From a virus (lineage: Duplodnaviria; Caudoviricetes): DNA of 39,265 bases. Of the stretch, positions 27,431 through 35,607 are shown one piece after another (position 1 is the first letter of the stretch; every line of letters begins with the position of its first letter). The stretch covers positions 1 to 39,265 of IMG/VR virus record IMGVR_UViG_3300030390_000257; one strand, 5' to 3'. The notes under the pieces are model-generated. The model made no database searches, was not told where the DNA came from, and worked only from the letters and a program-made list of their open reading frames with translations. The position numbers and the translations under genes are program-made.

Positions 27431-29041
27431 TTAAAAACGATTATTAGAGGAGGCATCGATAAGCCTCCCACTATCGCGTTGGTACTGCAGCCGTCCTGCC
27501 CATCCGCACTGACCAGTAAAACGATTCTTGAGGACCACCAAATCACGGCAGTCATTAGTAGGGTCTTCAGGGTCCATTTGGAGACCAAGACATTGGTCTG
27601 CTAGTTGGGCTATGGCGTGACTTCCTCTTAGCTGAGACAGCTCTACCTTGCCTCCTGCCTCATGACCTTTACCCTGGGGACGAGTAAGGTGGCTGACCAC
27701 AAACAAAGTGATATCTAGCTCCTGTACCATCGTTCTCAACTGGGTCATTGCATCGTCAATTAATCTCCGTTCATCAGTGACCTTTCCGGTCATGGAAGAT
27801 ATGACTAATGACAAATGGTCTAAAAACACATGGGTACAACCCATCGCTTTTGCCATGTACTGAATGCGGTTGATAACAACAGCTAAACTATGGCTACCCC
27901 CAGAATCCAAGAGCTGAATCTCTTGTATCCCAAACAGCTCGTCGTGGGCTTCTAAGACCTCTTCTTTTGTTGCAGCCTCGTAGTCCTGGACAATATTCTT
28001 GTTGATGTGAAGGCCAATGAGACCCCTTACAGTGCGCTTGTTCTGCTCCTCTAACATAAGCATTCCAACCTTCTGACCATGAGTATGTAAGTGGTAAGCA
28101 ATCTCAGTGACTAAGGTAGATTTACCTACGCCACTCCCGGCACAAATCGTTACCAGGGTGGACGGACGAATGCCCCTGGTAAGTTCATTAAGCTTTGCAT
28201 AAGGATAAGTAATCGTGGAGTGTTCATCAGTCTCAGTGATGATGCTGCGGAGTTCTTTGGTGGAGACAATACCGTCAGGTCTCCAGTCCTTAGCCCTCCA
28301 GATTGCATTGACTATTTCAGCCTCAGCTCCTGCCAGGAGAGCCTCGTTAGCATCCTTAAAACCACTAAGCTTAGCTATCTTACATTTGCCGATAGGAAGG
28401 CTCTCAGCGCAGTCTAATGCTGCAGAAGCCCCGGCTTCATCTCCGTCAAATAGCAAGATAAGCTCATCGAATCCACCAAGGTAGTCCCAGGCATTCATAA
28501 GGGCTTTCTTAGCTGATTGAGCGCCATTTGGGACTGATACTACAGGCCATTTGTTCTGTTGAGCCTGGGACACTGAGAGAGCGTCTAAGGCCCCTTCTGT
28601 AATAACCAGTTTCTTACCAGTGGTCCACAAATGTTGACCAAAAAGACCCATCTTCTTAGTTTCACCCAGGGCAGTGAAATTCTTATCTTTGTCCCTGGTC
28701 TTTTGAGCAACAACCTCACCGAACTCATTACGGTAGTTCTCAATCTGGACTGGTCTTCCGTGATACTCCCCTACCTGGTAGTCAAACTTACGACAGGTGT
28801 CTTCTCGTATACCCCTTGCAACTAATGCAGCATAGTGGCCGTGGATTAAATCCTTGTTGAGCTTCTTGGTGGACGCTACTGCAGTCGATTCAGCATCGTC
28901 ACCTGGCGTGTAAGCCTGGCAGCCGAAACAGTACAAATGATTATCATCAAACAATCCGCAGTTGTCTTTACTACCACATTGGGTGCATGGAACATGCATT
29001 ACAAATGCAGAGTCATTGTGAGCGGTTATTGAAGGCATCAT
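27431..29041 (-). CDS. Primase-helicase (T7 gp4-like)
   Basis: Zinc finger CTQCGSKD...YCFGC, TOPRIM ITEGALD and FDGDEAG, Walker A GSGVGKST, LRGS, KNRFTG. Confidence 0.95.
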   Translation of the reverse strand: MMPSITAHNDSAFVMHVPCTQCGSKDNCGLFDDNHLYCFGCQAYTPGDDAESTAVASTKKLNKDLIHGHYAALVARGIREDTCRKFDYQVGEYHGRPVQIENYRNEFGEVVAQKTRDKDKNFTALGETKKMGLFGQHLWTTGKKLVITEGALDALSVSQAQQNKWPVVSVPNGAQSAKKALMNAWDYLGGFDELILLFDGDEAGASAALDCAESLPIGKCKIAKLSGFKDANEALLAGAEAEIVNAIWRAKDWRPDGIVSTKELRSIITETDEHSTITYPYAKLNELTRGIRPSTLVTICAGSGVGKSTLVTEIAYHLHTHGQKVGMLMLEEQNKRTVRGLIGLHINKNIVQDYEAATKEEVLEAHDELFGIQEIQLLDSGGSHSLAVVINRIQYMAKAMGCTHVFLDHLSLVISSMTGKVTDERRLIDDAMTQLRTMVQELDITLFVVSHLTRPQGKGHEAGGKVELSQLRGSHAIAQLADQCLGLQMDPEDPTNDCRDLVVLKNRFTGQCGWAGRLQYQRDSGRLIDASSNNRF

Positions 29042-29403
29042 TGGTAATCCGCCTCTTCCAAAACATATTTCTTTATAAACTTTTCAGGACTACCATAGCG
29101 GTACCAAGTAGCCTTTCCTTTTACTCGCCATTTCTTCTTTATAGGTGTTAGTAGAAACTTGTTGTTTACACAAAAAAGGTGTCCTGGGTGTTCTATATCG
29201 AGATAAAACTCTCTATCTACTTTTACAAACTCAATAGCTTCTTCCAGTCGCACCACATCATTGATATACCCATTACCGTACTGGTCCTTGTGCCAGTTAC
29301 TTTCAACGACTTCGAGCATAAGTTTTGTTGTTTCTTCGAGTCTTTGTTGTAATACTGATAAACGCTCTTCGCTACCTTCAACACTGTTCTTAAAAACTTT
29401 CAT
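29038..29403 (-). CDS. Hypothetical protein (AT-rich)
   Basis: ATG 29403 after GAGGG; stop overlaps the primase start. Confidence 0.6.
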   Translation of the reverse strand: MKVFKNSVEGSEERLSVLQQRLEETTKLMLEVVESNWHKDQYGNGYINDVVRLEEAIEFVKVDREFYLDIEHPGHLFCVNNKFLLTPIKKKWRVKGKATWYRYGSPEKFIKKYVLEEADYQ

Positions 29404-29417
29404 GATTTCCCTCACAC

Positions 29418-29455
29418 AAAAAAAAGGGCCACCCCCATTTCTGAGGATGACCCTT
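29418..29455 (-). terminator. Intrinsic terminator after the endonuclease gene
   Basis: GGGUCAUCCUCA-GAAA-UGGGGGUGGCCC followed by a U8 tract. Confidence 0.75.
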
Positions 29456-29473
29456 AGCTCTCCTTAACTGCAG

Positions 29474-29905
29474 TTACTCCTGCAGCCACTCGTCTGGAAT
29501 CGACTTGTGCGCCCATAAAAACCCCTGCTTATCGCAGTAGCTTGCATAGGTGGACTTCGACCCCTTGTAGAGTTTCGAATTGCAATTACTAAATACAAAC
29601 CGGATGTCAATATCTGGGTGCTGCTCACGAATCAAGACATGCTTCTGTCTATCTTTGGTGTCCCAGATACCTTTTGTTTCGACATAAAAAAAGCCGCCTT
29701 TCTTTGGCAGCTTAAAATCAGGTGTGTATCTGTGATTGCTCTTTGGTATTACATAGTTAATCTTGTCAGTCTCATACAGAAGCTCTATCCCTGCTACCAT
29801 AATCTGTGCAGCTGCTTTGTCTTCAAGACCGCTTCGATAACCATGTCGGATACCACGTTTTTTAGAATCGGTCTGCCGATTGTGTTTGGGGTGCATCTTC
29901 CGCAT
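29474..29905 (-). CDS. Endonuclease I / Holliday junction resolvase (T7 gp3-like)
   Basis: Motifs GYRSGLE, YTPDF, VETKG and DIRFVFSN. Confidence 0.93.
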   Translation of the reverse strand: MRKMHPKHNRQTDSKKRGIRHGYRSGLEDKAAAQIMVAGIELLYETDKINYVIPKSNHRYTPDFKLPKKGGFFYVETKGIWDTKDRQKHVLIREQHPDIDIRFVFSNCNSKLYKGSKSTYASYCDKQGFLWAHKSIPDEWLQE

Positions 29906-30413
29906 CGAAAGCTTCCTGTAGTATGTCCTGGCCTACAAAACCGCCCTCAACGGCATCAAACCCATCACCCATTTGCTCACCACTAGAAACAGGCTCTATG
30001 ACCTGGACTCTTGTGAGCTGCAGCGTGACACCCTTGGAACCACTAACTTCGTATGGAGCTATGAAGCCCCCTACTTTCAGCACTGAGCCTCCCCAGATTT
30101 TTGGTACTTGTCCATCGACCAGGTTAGCCCCAGTCGCATCAAAAAAACTTGGCACATATTTAGACTTCGTGACGAACACTGTCTCTCCAGTATCTTCGTC
30201 AGTCTTGTAAGGCAAACGAGCTTTACTCCAATTCTTTCCAAATTCAGATTCAGCGACCTGGTTAATCATCTCTACTAGAGCAGAAGCATCGTCCACTATG
30301 AGATTGGTTTTGTACTTAGGGTCACCACCGAATGCGGTGTCTGGTTGGTTCAGCCAGGGATACTGTGCGCGGCCTTTGTTGCTCGTAAATTTAACTCTGT
30401 TGTTCTGAGACAT
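29862..30413 (-). CDS. Single-stranded DNA-binding protein (T7 gp2.5-like)
   Basis: Motifs AQYPWL..PD, IWGGS..KV and GVTLQL..VQVIE; acidic tail ending in Phe. Confidence 0.9.
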   Translation of the reverse strand: MSQNNRVKFTSNKGRAQYPWLNQPDTAFGGDPKYKTNLIVDDASALVEMINQVAESEFGKNWSKARLPYKTDEDTGETVFVTKSKYVPSFFDATGANLVDGQVPKIWGGSVLKVGGFIAPYEVSGSKGVTLQLTRVQVIEPVSSGEQMGDGFDAVEGGFVGQDILQEAFDAEDAPQTQSADRF

Positions 30414-30512
30414 TTGTCTCTCCTTTGGTGTTTCAGTAAAAGTTTAAGTTTCTTCAGACAATAGGAAACGCCCTTCTGAGTAATCAAAAGTTAACGATTT
30501 TAGGTGGGGTTC

Positions 30513-30540
30513 TATTCTCTTAGGGTGGACACAATAGAAT
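30513..30540 (-). promoter_or_regulatory. Phage RNAP promoter for the replication block
   Basis: 28-nt sequence ATTCTATTGTGTCCACCCTAAGAGAATA (minus strand), identical to 33211-33238. Confidence 0.8.
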
Positions 30541-30553
30541 GTCCAGGGTGTGA

Positions 30554-33187
30554 CTAGCTAAAACAATACTCAGAGTTGAGTACATTTAGCAGGTTTAAAT
30601 CACCTTTTAATGGGATGGTTACATCAAGTCTATCTAAGCCTTCTTGCGACAACTGTTTCTTCGCGTGGCCTAAAAAGCTTTTATAGAGACAATACCCATC
30701 ATACATCTCCACAAAAGTCTCACGTACTGACTCATACATCACCTCTGTTTCAGCAGGGGTAGTACCGAATGAATCATGGATACAAAAGAAGCTTGTGACT
30801 CCTTTTGACTTACTTCTTAAAACAGCTCTCATCAAGTGTGAGCTATCCATAGCGTGAATGCAGTTTGGTGCAATTGCACTCTTGGACTTCTTCTTATCAA
30901 CCTTTGACATGGCACTCCTGGACCGCAGTGTCGTTTGAGACCGCTTCCTCACTCCTGCTTCACGGTCATACAGAAAGATTTTCACCTTCTTGACATCCCA
31001 ATGGGTATAACGTTGGACCATAGGGAAACCAGTAGGAGTCTCAAACTTAACGTGCTTACCTTCGTGGGCCAGGGCACCTGCAATCTTCTGGAAAAAGCTC
31101 ATGCCCTCCGCTGCACTGGAGACAACCTCTTGGACTGACTGGTAGTTCACCTCAGCTAAAAGCCTGGCACACTGCTTGTGGACCCATTCATCATCCGTAA
31201 AAGGGTGTGCAAATAGCTTACCTGACCGTTTGTCTAACTCCTTACGCATGACTTTGGTCGCCATCTTTTTCATAACGTCTTCCATTAACTGGTCACCAAA
31301 GCCGAACTTACCAGAGCTATAGCCATAGGTCATGACGTTACGTTTACAGACACCGCGGTCAACACCCAGGGCCAACCAAAGACTAGCGTGAATCTTTCGG
31401 TTAGCTCTTTTCTCATCTGCAGTAATGACCTTCCCATCTGCATCTTCAGAGTCCATGACCCAACCTTCAAAGTAATTAGGGTCCGCAATTTGCTGTAGCC
31501 TACTCACAGACACCTCAGCCACAGCGCCATAGATATCCTTGGGTTTGTCTGAAGGTATTAAGTTAACCAGGGCACCATCCTTTGAACTCAAAGATGCAGC
31601 AGCATAATGTTGGATTCCGCTGCAACTAGCGTCGATTGAAATTGGTAGTCCACAGTAGTACACCCCCAGACCTGCGTCTTGACAATCCGTGTACCTGGCA
31701 AACTCATGGCATGCTGCAAGAAACTGGAAGGGTTTGTCGGCCTTAGACCAAATTCTATATGTTCCTTCAAAGTCATTACCGATACTGTAAATCAACTTAG
31801 CTCTTCGATTCACCAGGTCCACTCGTTTAGCCAGGGACTGCTTACTAATCTTGTTAAGGTCCCACACGTTAGCAATATGGATGGCAAGCCATTCGATACT
31901 GTTTTCGTCTAACCTGGTCTCATCAGCCAACATGAACATAGCTTTGATATGGTCATCTCTGTGGTAGCTAAAGTTACTCGTTGGGTAAACTCTTTGTCTG
32001 AAGTCTAGGTTCCAACCTAAGTAAAATTGGTTATAGCCTGTGAGTTCTGTTGCATCCTCAAGGTCTTGTTGCATCATAGTGACCTGACCATCAATCTCAC
32101 GATTCTTGGACCTGACAGATTTTGCATCAAAGATGAATTTCTTTTGGTCATCGAGGGGTAGAGAAGAGAAGTCCTTTGGCTTGTGGAGGTAGTCAAGATG
32201 GTCTTTGACAGGGAACTTGGTAATGTTCTTACTGTTCTCCCAGGCCCACTTCACTGCAGACAAAACATACTCGTTAATCTTCAAAGGGGTGTCTTGGAGG
32301 GCATTCAGTGCCTCTATGTAATCAGGCTTTGGCTTCCCATCCTGCAGCTGATACTCAATTGCTTTACGCTGTGTATAGCAGCTTTGTCTTACAAGAGCCG
32401 TTTGAGCAGCACTGTCATCAGAGTAATAGCATCCAGTATCAAACTTAACCCAAGGCTTAGGTTTTATAACCAGTGGCCTGAACATAGGTTCCTGCCAAGA
32501 CTGTAAGAAGTCCATACTAGCAATGGCATCCCTAGCTTCTTTAGTTAGACCCACCATTGTCTTATGAGTAGAAGGCTTACTGCTAGGCTTCTTGACCCAG
32601 GTATCAAACAGCGGACTAGCCTCAATGATGCAGCTAAAGACAATAGAGGCTACTTTGGTGTGTCGGTCAGACTCTTTGTCCCAAGATTCAAACTTGTAAC
32701 CTTTCTCTTTAGCCCAGTCTCTTGCTGCTCTTTCTCTGTAGAAATCACTAGAGATGTTCTTAACGACATTGGTCTCTATAGATTTCGCTAGGTTTAAGTC
32801 AAACTTCTTTAGACCAACAGCCCATTGCTCAAGCTCGATACGCTCACCGATAGACTGTAAGACTTTAGTCCTGGTCTTTCCTGTAGACACACCTTCATAA
32901 CATGCTGCAAGACCAATGTACGCAGCAGTCATGGAGTCCACTGATTGCAGGTCCTTGAAGCCACAGGATTTACGTCCACGGTGTTTAGCTTCTTCATAAA
33001 GAAGATAATCTTGGATTGCTTGAGCAACCTTGGGTAAAGCCTCAGTAATGAGCTTGTGAGGATTATTCTGAGTTGAGAGCTTAGAGTTGTTCTCTAGTCT
33101 CTTAAGATACTTGTCTCTTCCGTCTGCGAACATCTTAAGTTCACGGTCCATTTGTATGTCATATGTTCCATCAATCTTCTGCTGCAT
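30554..33187 (-). CDS. Single-subunit DNA-directed RNA polymerase (T7 gp1-like)
   Basis: Motifs LDFRQRVY, DASCSGIQHY, R...K..VMTYGYS, IAPNCIHAMDSSH and IHDSFGT. Confidence 0.96.
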   Translation of the reverse strand: MQQKIDGTYDIQMDRELKMFADGRDKYLKRLENNSKLSTQNNPHKLITEALPKVAQAIQDYLLYEEAKHRGRKSCGFKDLQSVDSMTAAYIGLAACYEGVSTGKTRTKVLQSIGERIELEQWAVGLKKFDLNLAKSIETNVVKNISSDFYRERAARDWAKEKGYKFESWDKESDRHTKVASIVFSCIIEASPLFDTWVKKPSSKPSTHKTMVGLTKEARDAIASMDFLQSWQEPMFRPLVIKPKPWVKFDTGCYYSDDSAAQTALVRQSCYTQRKAIEYQLQDGKPKPDYIEALNALQDTPLKINEYVLSAVKWAWENSKNITKFPVKDHLDYLHKPKDFSSLPLDDQKKFIFDAKSVRSKNREIDGQVTMMQQDLEDATELTGYNQFYLGWNLDFRQRVYPTSNFSYHRDDHIKAMFMLADETRLDENSIEWLAIHIANVWDLNKISKQSLAKRVDLVNRRAKLIYSIGNDFEGTYRIWSKADKPFQFLAACHEFARYTDCQDAGLGVYYCGLPISIDASCSGIQHYAAASLSSKDGALVNLIPSDKPKDIYGAVAEVSVSRLQQIADPNYFEGWVMDSEDADGKVITADEKRANRKIHASLWLALGVDRGVCKRNVMTYGYSSGKFGFGDQLMEDVMKKMATKVMRKELDKRSGKLFAHPFTDDEWVHKQCARLLAEVNYQSVQEVVSSAAEGMSFFQKIAGALAHEGKHVKFETPTGFPMVQRYTHWDVKKVKIFLYDREAGVRKRSQTTLRSRSAMSKVDKKKSKSAIAPNCIHAMDSSHLMRAVLRSKSKGVTSFFCIHDSFGTTPAETEVMYESVRETFVEMYDGYCLYKSFLGHAKKQLSQEGLDRLDVTIPLKGDLNLLNVLNSEYCFS

Positions 33188-33210
33188 TTCAGTGTCTCCC
33201 TCGACGTTTG

Positions 33211-33238
33211 TATTCTCTTAGGGTGGACACAATAGAAT
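33211..33238 (-). promoter_or_regulatory. Phage RNAP promoter directly upstream of the RNAP gene
   Basis: Identical 28-nt copy, about 24 nt upstream of the RNAP start codon. Confidence 0.8.
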
Positions 33239-33401
33239 TAGCCTTAAAATACGTGATTTCATAAGTATTTATATAGTACTGTATTCTGTCAATGTCTTTA
33301 GAACCCTTCAATGTAAAGTTATTACTAAATCATCGGTAACTAGAGCATCTTTTACATAGTTTTATTCATAGCAAATTACTCAATAATGCATGACTCTAGT
33401 T

Positions 33402-33427
33402 AAAAAAAAGCCTCCGTCTTGGAGGCT
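33402..33427 (-). terminator. Intrinsic terminator after the integrase operon
   Basis: GCCUCC-AAGAC-GGAGGC followed by U8. Confidence 0.8.
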
Positions 33428-33436
33428 CTAGTACTG

Positions 33437-33595
33437 TTAGTGCAGCGTAGGTTTGTCTGGTAGTCTTCCCTCATTGCCAGGAACAGGTTCCAGGTCCTCA
33501 AGGTCAAAACAATCAGTGGCAAACCCTAACGCTATTTGAAACTGTAAGGGTAATTTAGTTTCTTCTTTCTTTTTGTCATCATCTTCGCTGCTCAT
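33437..33595 (-). CDS. 52-aa acidic protein coupled to the integrase (not in the ORF track)
   Basis: MSSEDDDKKKEETKLPLQFQIALGFATDCFDLEDL...; ATGA overlap with the int stop. Confidence 0.5.
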   Translation of the reverse strand: MSSEDDDKKKEETKLPLQFQIALGFATDCFDLEDLEPVPGNEGRLPDKPTLH

Positions 33596-34443
33596 GCTGC
33601 CCTCTCTTCAAGTTTTTTCATGATGATAGCCAAATTGTCTTTCTTAGCGTGGACATACTTCTTTGTCGTCGCTATCGACTTATGGCCCAGGATTGTACCA
33701 ACGATTAACGTATCCACATTGAACTCCATAGCCAACCTGGTTGCACAGGTATGCCTAAGCACATGGAATACAAAATGGTCATCGTAAGGTGCCAGGCACT
33801 GCTTGGCTAACGCCCAGGTATCGTAGAACTTACGATTAGTCCAGACACCAGAAGGACAACTGTCCAGGTTACGCAGCGCCTCTCTAGCTGAGGCGTTCAT
33901 GGGGACTGTGCGTTCTGAGCCGTTCTTAGTGTTCGTAAGCTCTATAAAGTTACCGCAGGGGCTAATGGTACCAATTGTCTTCTTGGGCTTAGGATTGTTG
34001 ATAGACAGTATCTCGCCTAATCGCATCCCAGTGTTAACTCCCATTGTTACAAAGTCAGCCATCCAGGGATGGTCTGAGTCCAGAAAGAACTCAACCAGGT
34101 CATCGACTTCCTGGTCTGTGTAGAACCTAGGTCTGCCAGATTCTACAGCCTTCCACTCAACCTTCGGGGGATAGTCCATCAGCTTCTTGTTTACAGCCTT
34201 CTTAAATAAGCGGCTATAGGCTGCCAGGTACCTGTTGACTGTTGAGTCAGATAGGCCCTCTTCTTTCAGGTAGTCCATGAAGTCATAAAGGTCATCGTCA
34301 ATGTAGCTACCGATGTCTCTCGTTCGGTTGTTACCAAAGTTACTTAGGCGGTTGACCATGAACTGGCAGTCTTTCAAATACTTGTCTTGCCAAAGTCTCT
34401 TGCCGTACTTATTAAAAAATGTATCTAAAGTTAAAGTTTCCAT
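33592..34443 (-). CDS. int: Tyrosine integrase
   Basis: Catalytic residues TGMRLGE, TKNG, HVLRH, LGH and KKY. Adjacent to a tRNA-derived attP. Confidence 0.95.
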   Translation of the reverse strand: METLTLDTFFNKYGKRLWQDKYLKDCQFMVNRLSNFGNNRTRDIGSYIDDDLYDFMDYLKEEGLSDSTVNRYLAAYSRLFKKAVNKKLMDYPPKVEWKAVESGRPRFYTDQEVDDLVEFFLDSDHPWMADFVTMGVNTGMRLGEILSINNPKPKKTIGTISPCGNFIELTNTKNGSERTVPMNASAREALRNLDSCPSGVWTNRKFYDTWALAKQCLAPYDDHFVFHVLRHTCATRLAMEFNVDTLIVGTILGHKSIATTKKYVHAKKDNLAIIMKKLEERAA

Positions 34444-34516
34444 TTAAGTTACCTCTCTGTGTACGGCATCAAGGCCGTATGGGAAGCCCCTGGTGGGGAC
34501 ATTTTGTGTTGCCCAT

Positions 34517-34539
34517 AAAAAAAAGACCCGGAGGTCTTT
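34517..34539 (-). terminator. Intrinsic terminator between attP and int
   Basis: AAAGACC-UCCG-GGUCUUU followed by a U tract. Confidence 0.6.
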
Positions 34540-34607
34540 GTTCGTCGATTTCTATAGGTTTTGTCTATTGCTTTTTCGCATGTAGAGACTATAAAACAGC
34601 TAGTTAC

Positions 34608-34669
34608 GTGGTTAGAGCGCTCGACTCATAATCGATCGGTCGTAGGTTCAAGTCCTACTGGGCCCACCA
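34608..34669 (+). other. attP core: 3' ~62 nt of a CAT-anticodon tRNA (probably tRNA-Ile2/Met)
   Basis: D-loop TGGTTAGAGC, anticodon arm TCGA-CTCATAA-TCGA, T-arm GTAGGTTCAAGTCCTAC, 3' end GGGCCCACCA. The 5' acceptor strand (GGGCC...) is absent. Confidence 0.85.
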
Positions 34670-34874
34670 TTTTACAAGTCTTTTTAGCTATAGTTTCTAC
34701 GTTAAAAAAGGCAATAGACCTTCGTAACGTACTGCCCTCTCTGTCGGTCCCCAACTTGGAATGGGGGCATAGAGTGGCTGTTATCTGTAGTGCCGTGGGG
34801 AGCCACCCCCTAGCCTCTCTCGACTAGATTGCTAATATAATCTATTGCAAGTCGCATGTAAATAGCATCAGTAT

Positions 34875-34887
34875 GGGTGGACACAAT
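34875..34887 (-). promoter_or_regulatory. Partial phage promoter copy
   Basis: GGGTGGACACAAT core (13 nt) shared with the full copies. Confidence 0.5.
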
Positions 34888-35007
34888 TGCAAAAAGTAGT
34901 CGATTGACCCTCCTGTATAGCGCCCAGGGCAAAGGTTTTAGAGGGGGGTATCCCTGCGTTAAAAGTCACGCGACCCCTAGAGCTTAGCAGGTCACACAAA
35001 GACAAAA

Positions 35008-35184
35008 TCACGCTAGTATTTCACAGACACACTCATGGTTTCTGCCAGGGTTGTCAGTCTCCCAGTAGTTACCACAGTGTTCACATTTCTTGTATTGAGT
35101 CTTAGGTTTGCCAAAGATGGCATCAAAGTTGGATTCGAATTGTTCCCGGTTCGGGATAGGTCGGGGAGTGCTGCCTTTCGACAT
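35008..35184 (-). CDS. Small hypothetical protein with Cys-rich C-terminus
   Basis: MSKGSTPRP...FESNFDAIFGK then CEHC...CVC; GGAGGT RBS. Confidence 0.65.
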   Translation of the reverse strand: MSKGSTPRPIPNREQFESNFDAIFGKPKTQYKKCEHCGNYWETDNPGRNHECVCEILA

Positions 35185-35215
35185 AGACACCTCCATTTTG
35201 GGTGGGTTTGGTTCT

Positions 35216-35230
35216 TCTTAGGGTGGACAC
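35216..35230 (-). promoter_or_regulatory. Partial phage promoter copy after the holin gene
   Basis: TCTTAGGGTGGACAC (15 nt) identical to the core. Confidence 0.55.
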
Positions 35231-35232
35231 TT

Positions 35233-35607
35233 TTACTTTTTAAGGTCCATTAGCTTACTGACACCACGGATGCCAAAGCTGCTTGAGATGGCTATAAAGA
35301 GTAGGTACTGGTACCACTCAGGTAATTCAGAGAGGGCTGCGAACCCAAGCTGTACACGGTCAATGACAGTAACGTCATTTGCTGCAATGGCATAACCCAC
35401 CATGAAGATGGGGATAGCTAACACGATAGTCCAGAACTCATCTTTCCAGGAGTTACCTGAAGCAGCTGCCATCGTCTGCTCCCAGTTAGCATCATTTTGG
35501 ATAACATTCATTTTAGCCTGGTGCTTGGCTTGCTTCTCTTCTGCTTTATTCTTCATGAAGCCGCCTACCAGGTTACTGATAGGACCTATAAGTGCCTGTA
35601 ACATCAC
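35233..35607 (-). CDS. Holin (3TM GTA-holin-like)
   Basis: SWKDEFWT, LPEWYQYLL...SFG and hydrophobic segments; adjacent to the lysozyme gene. Confidence 0.7.
   Translation of the reverse strand: MMLQALIGPISNLVGGFMKNKAEEKQAKHQAKMNVIQNDANWEQTMAAASGNSWKDEFWTIVLAIPIFMVGYAIAANDVTVIDRVQLGFAALSELPEWYQYLLFIAISSSFGIRGVSKLMDLKK

Noticed and set aside
7160-33187. Additional introns or inteins in terL, DNA polymerase, helicase or RNAP
   Set aside because: These ORFs are continuous and of expected length, and I saw no second set of P/Q/R/S elements or intein motifs.
34595-34669. Intact phage-encoded tRNA gene
   Set aside because: There is no 5' acceptor strand or D-stem partner. It is a 3' fragment beside the integrase, i.e. 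attP.
34913-34927. LexA box-like CTGTATAGCGCCCAG
   Set aside because: Spacing is CTG-N9-CAG rather than the required N10.
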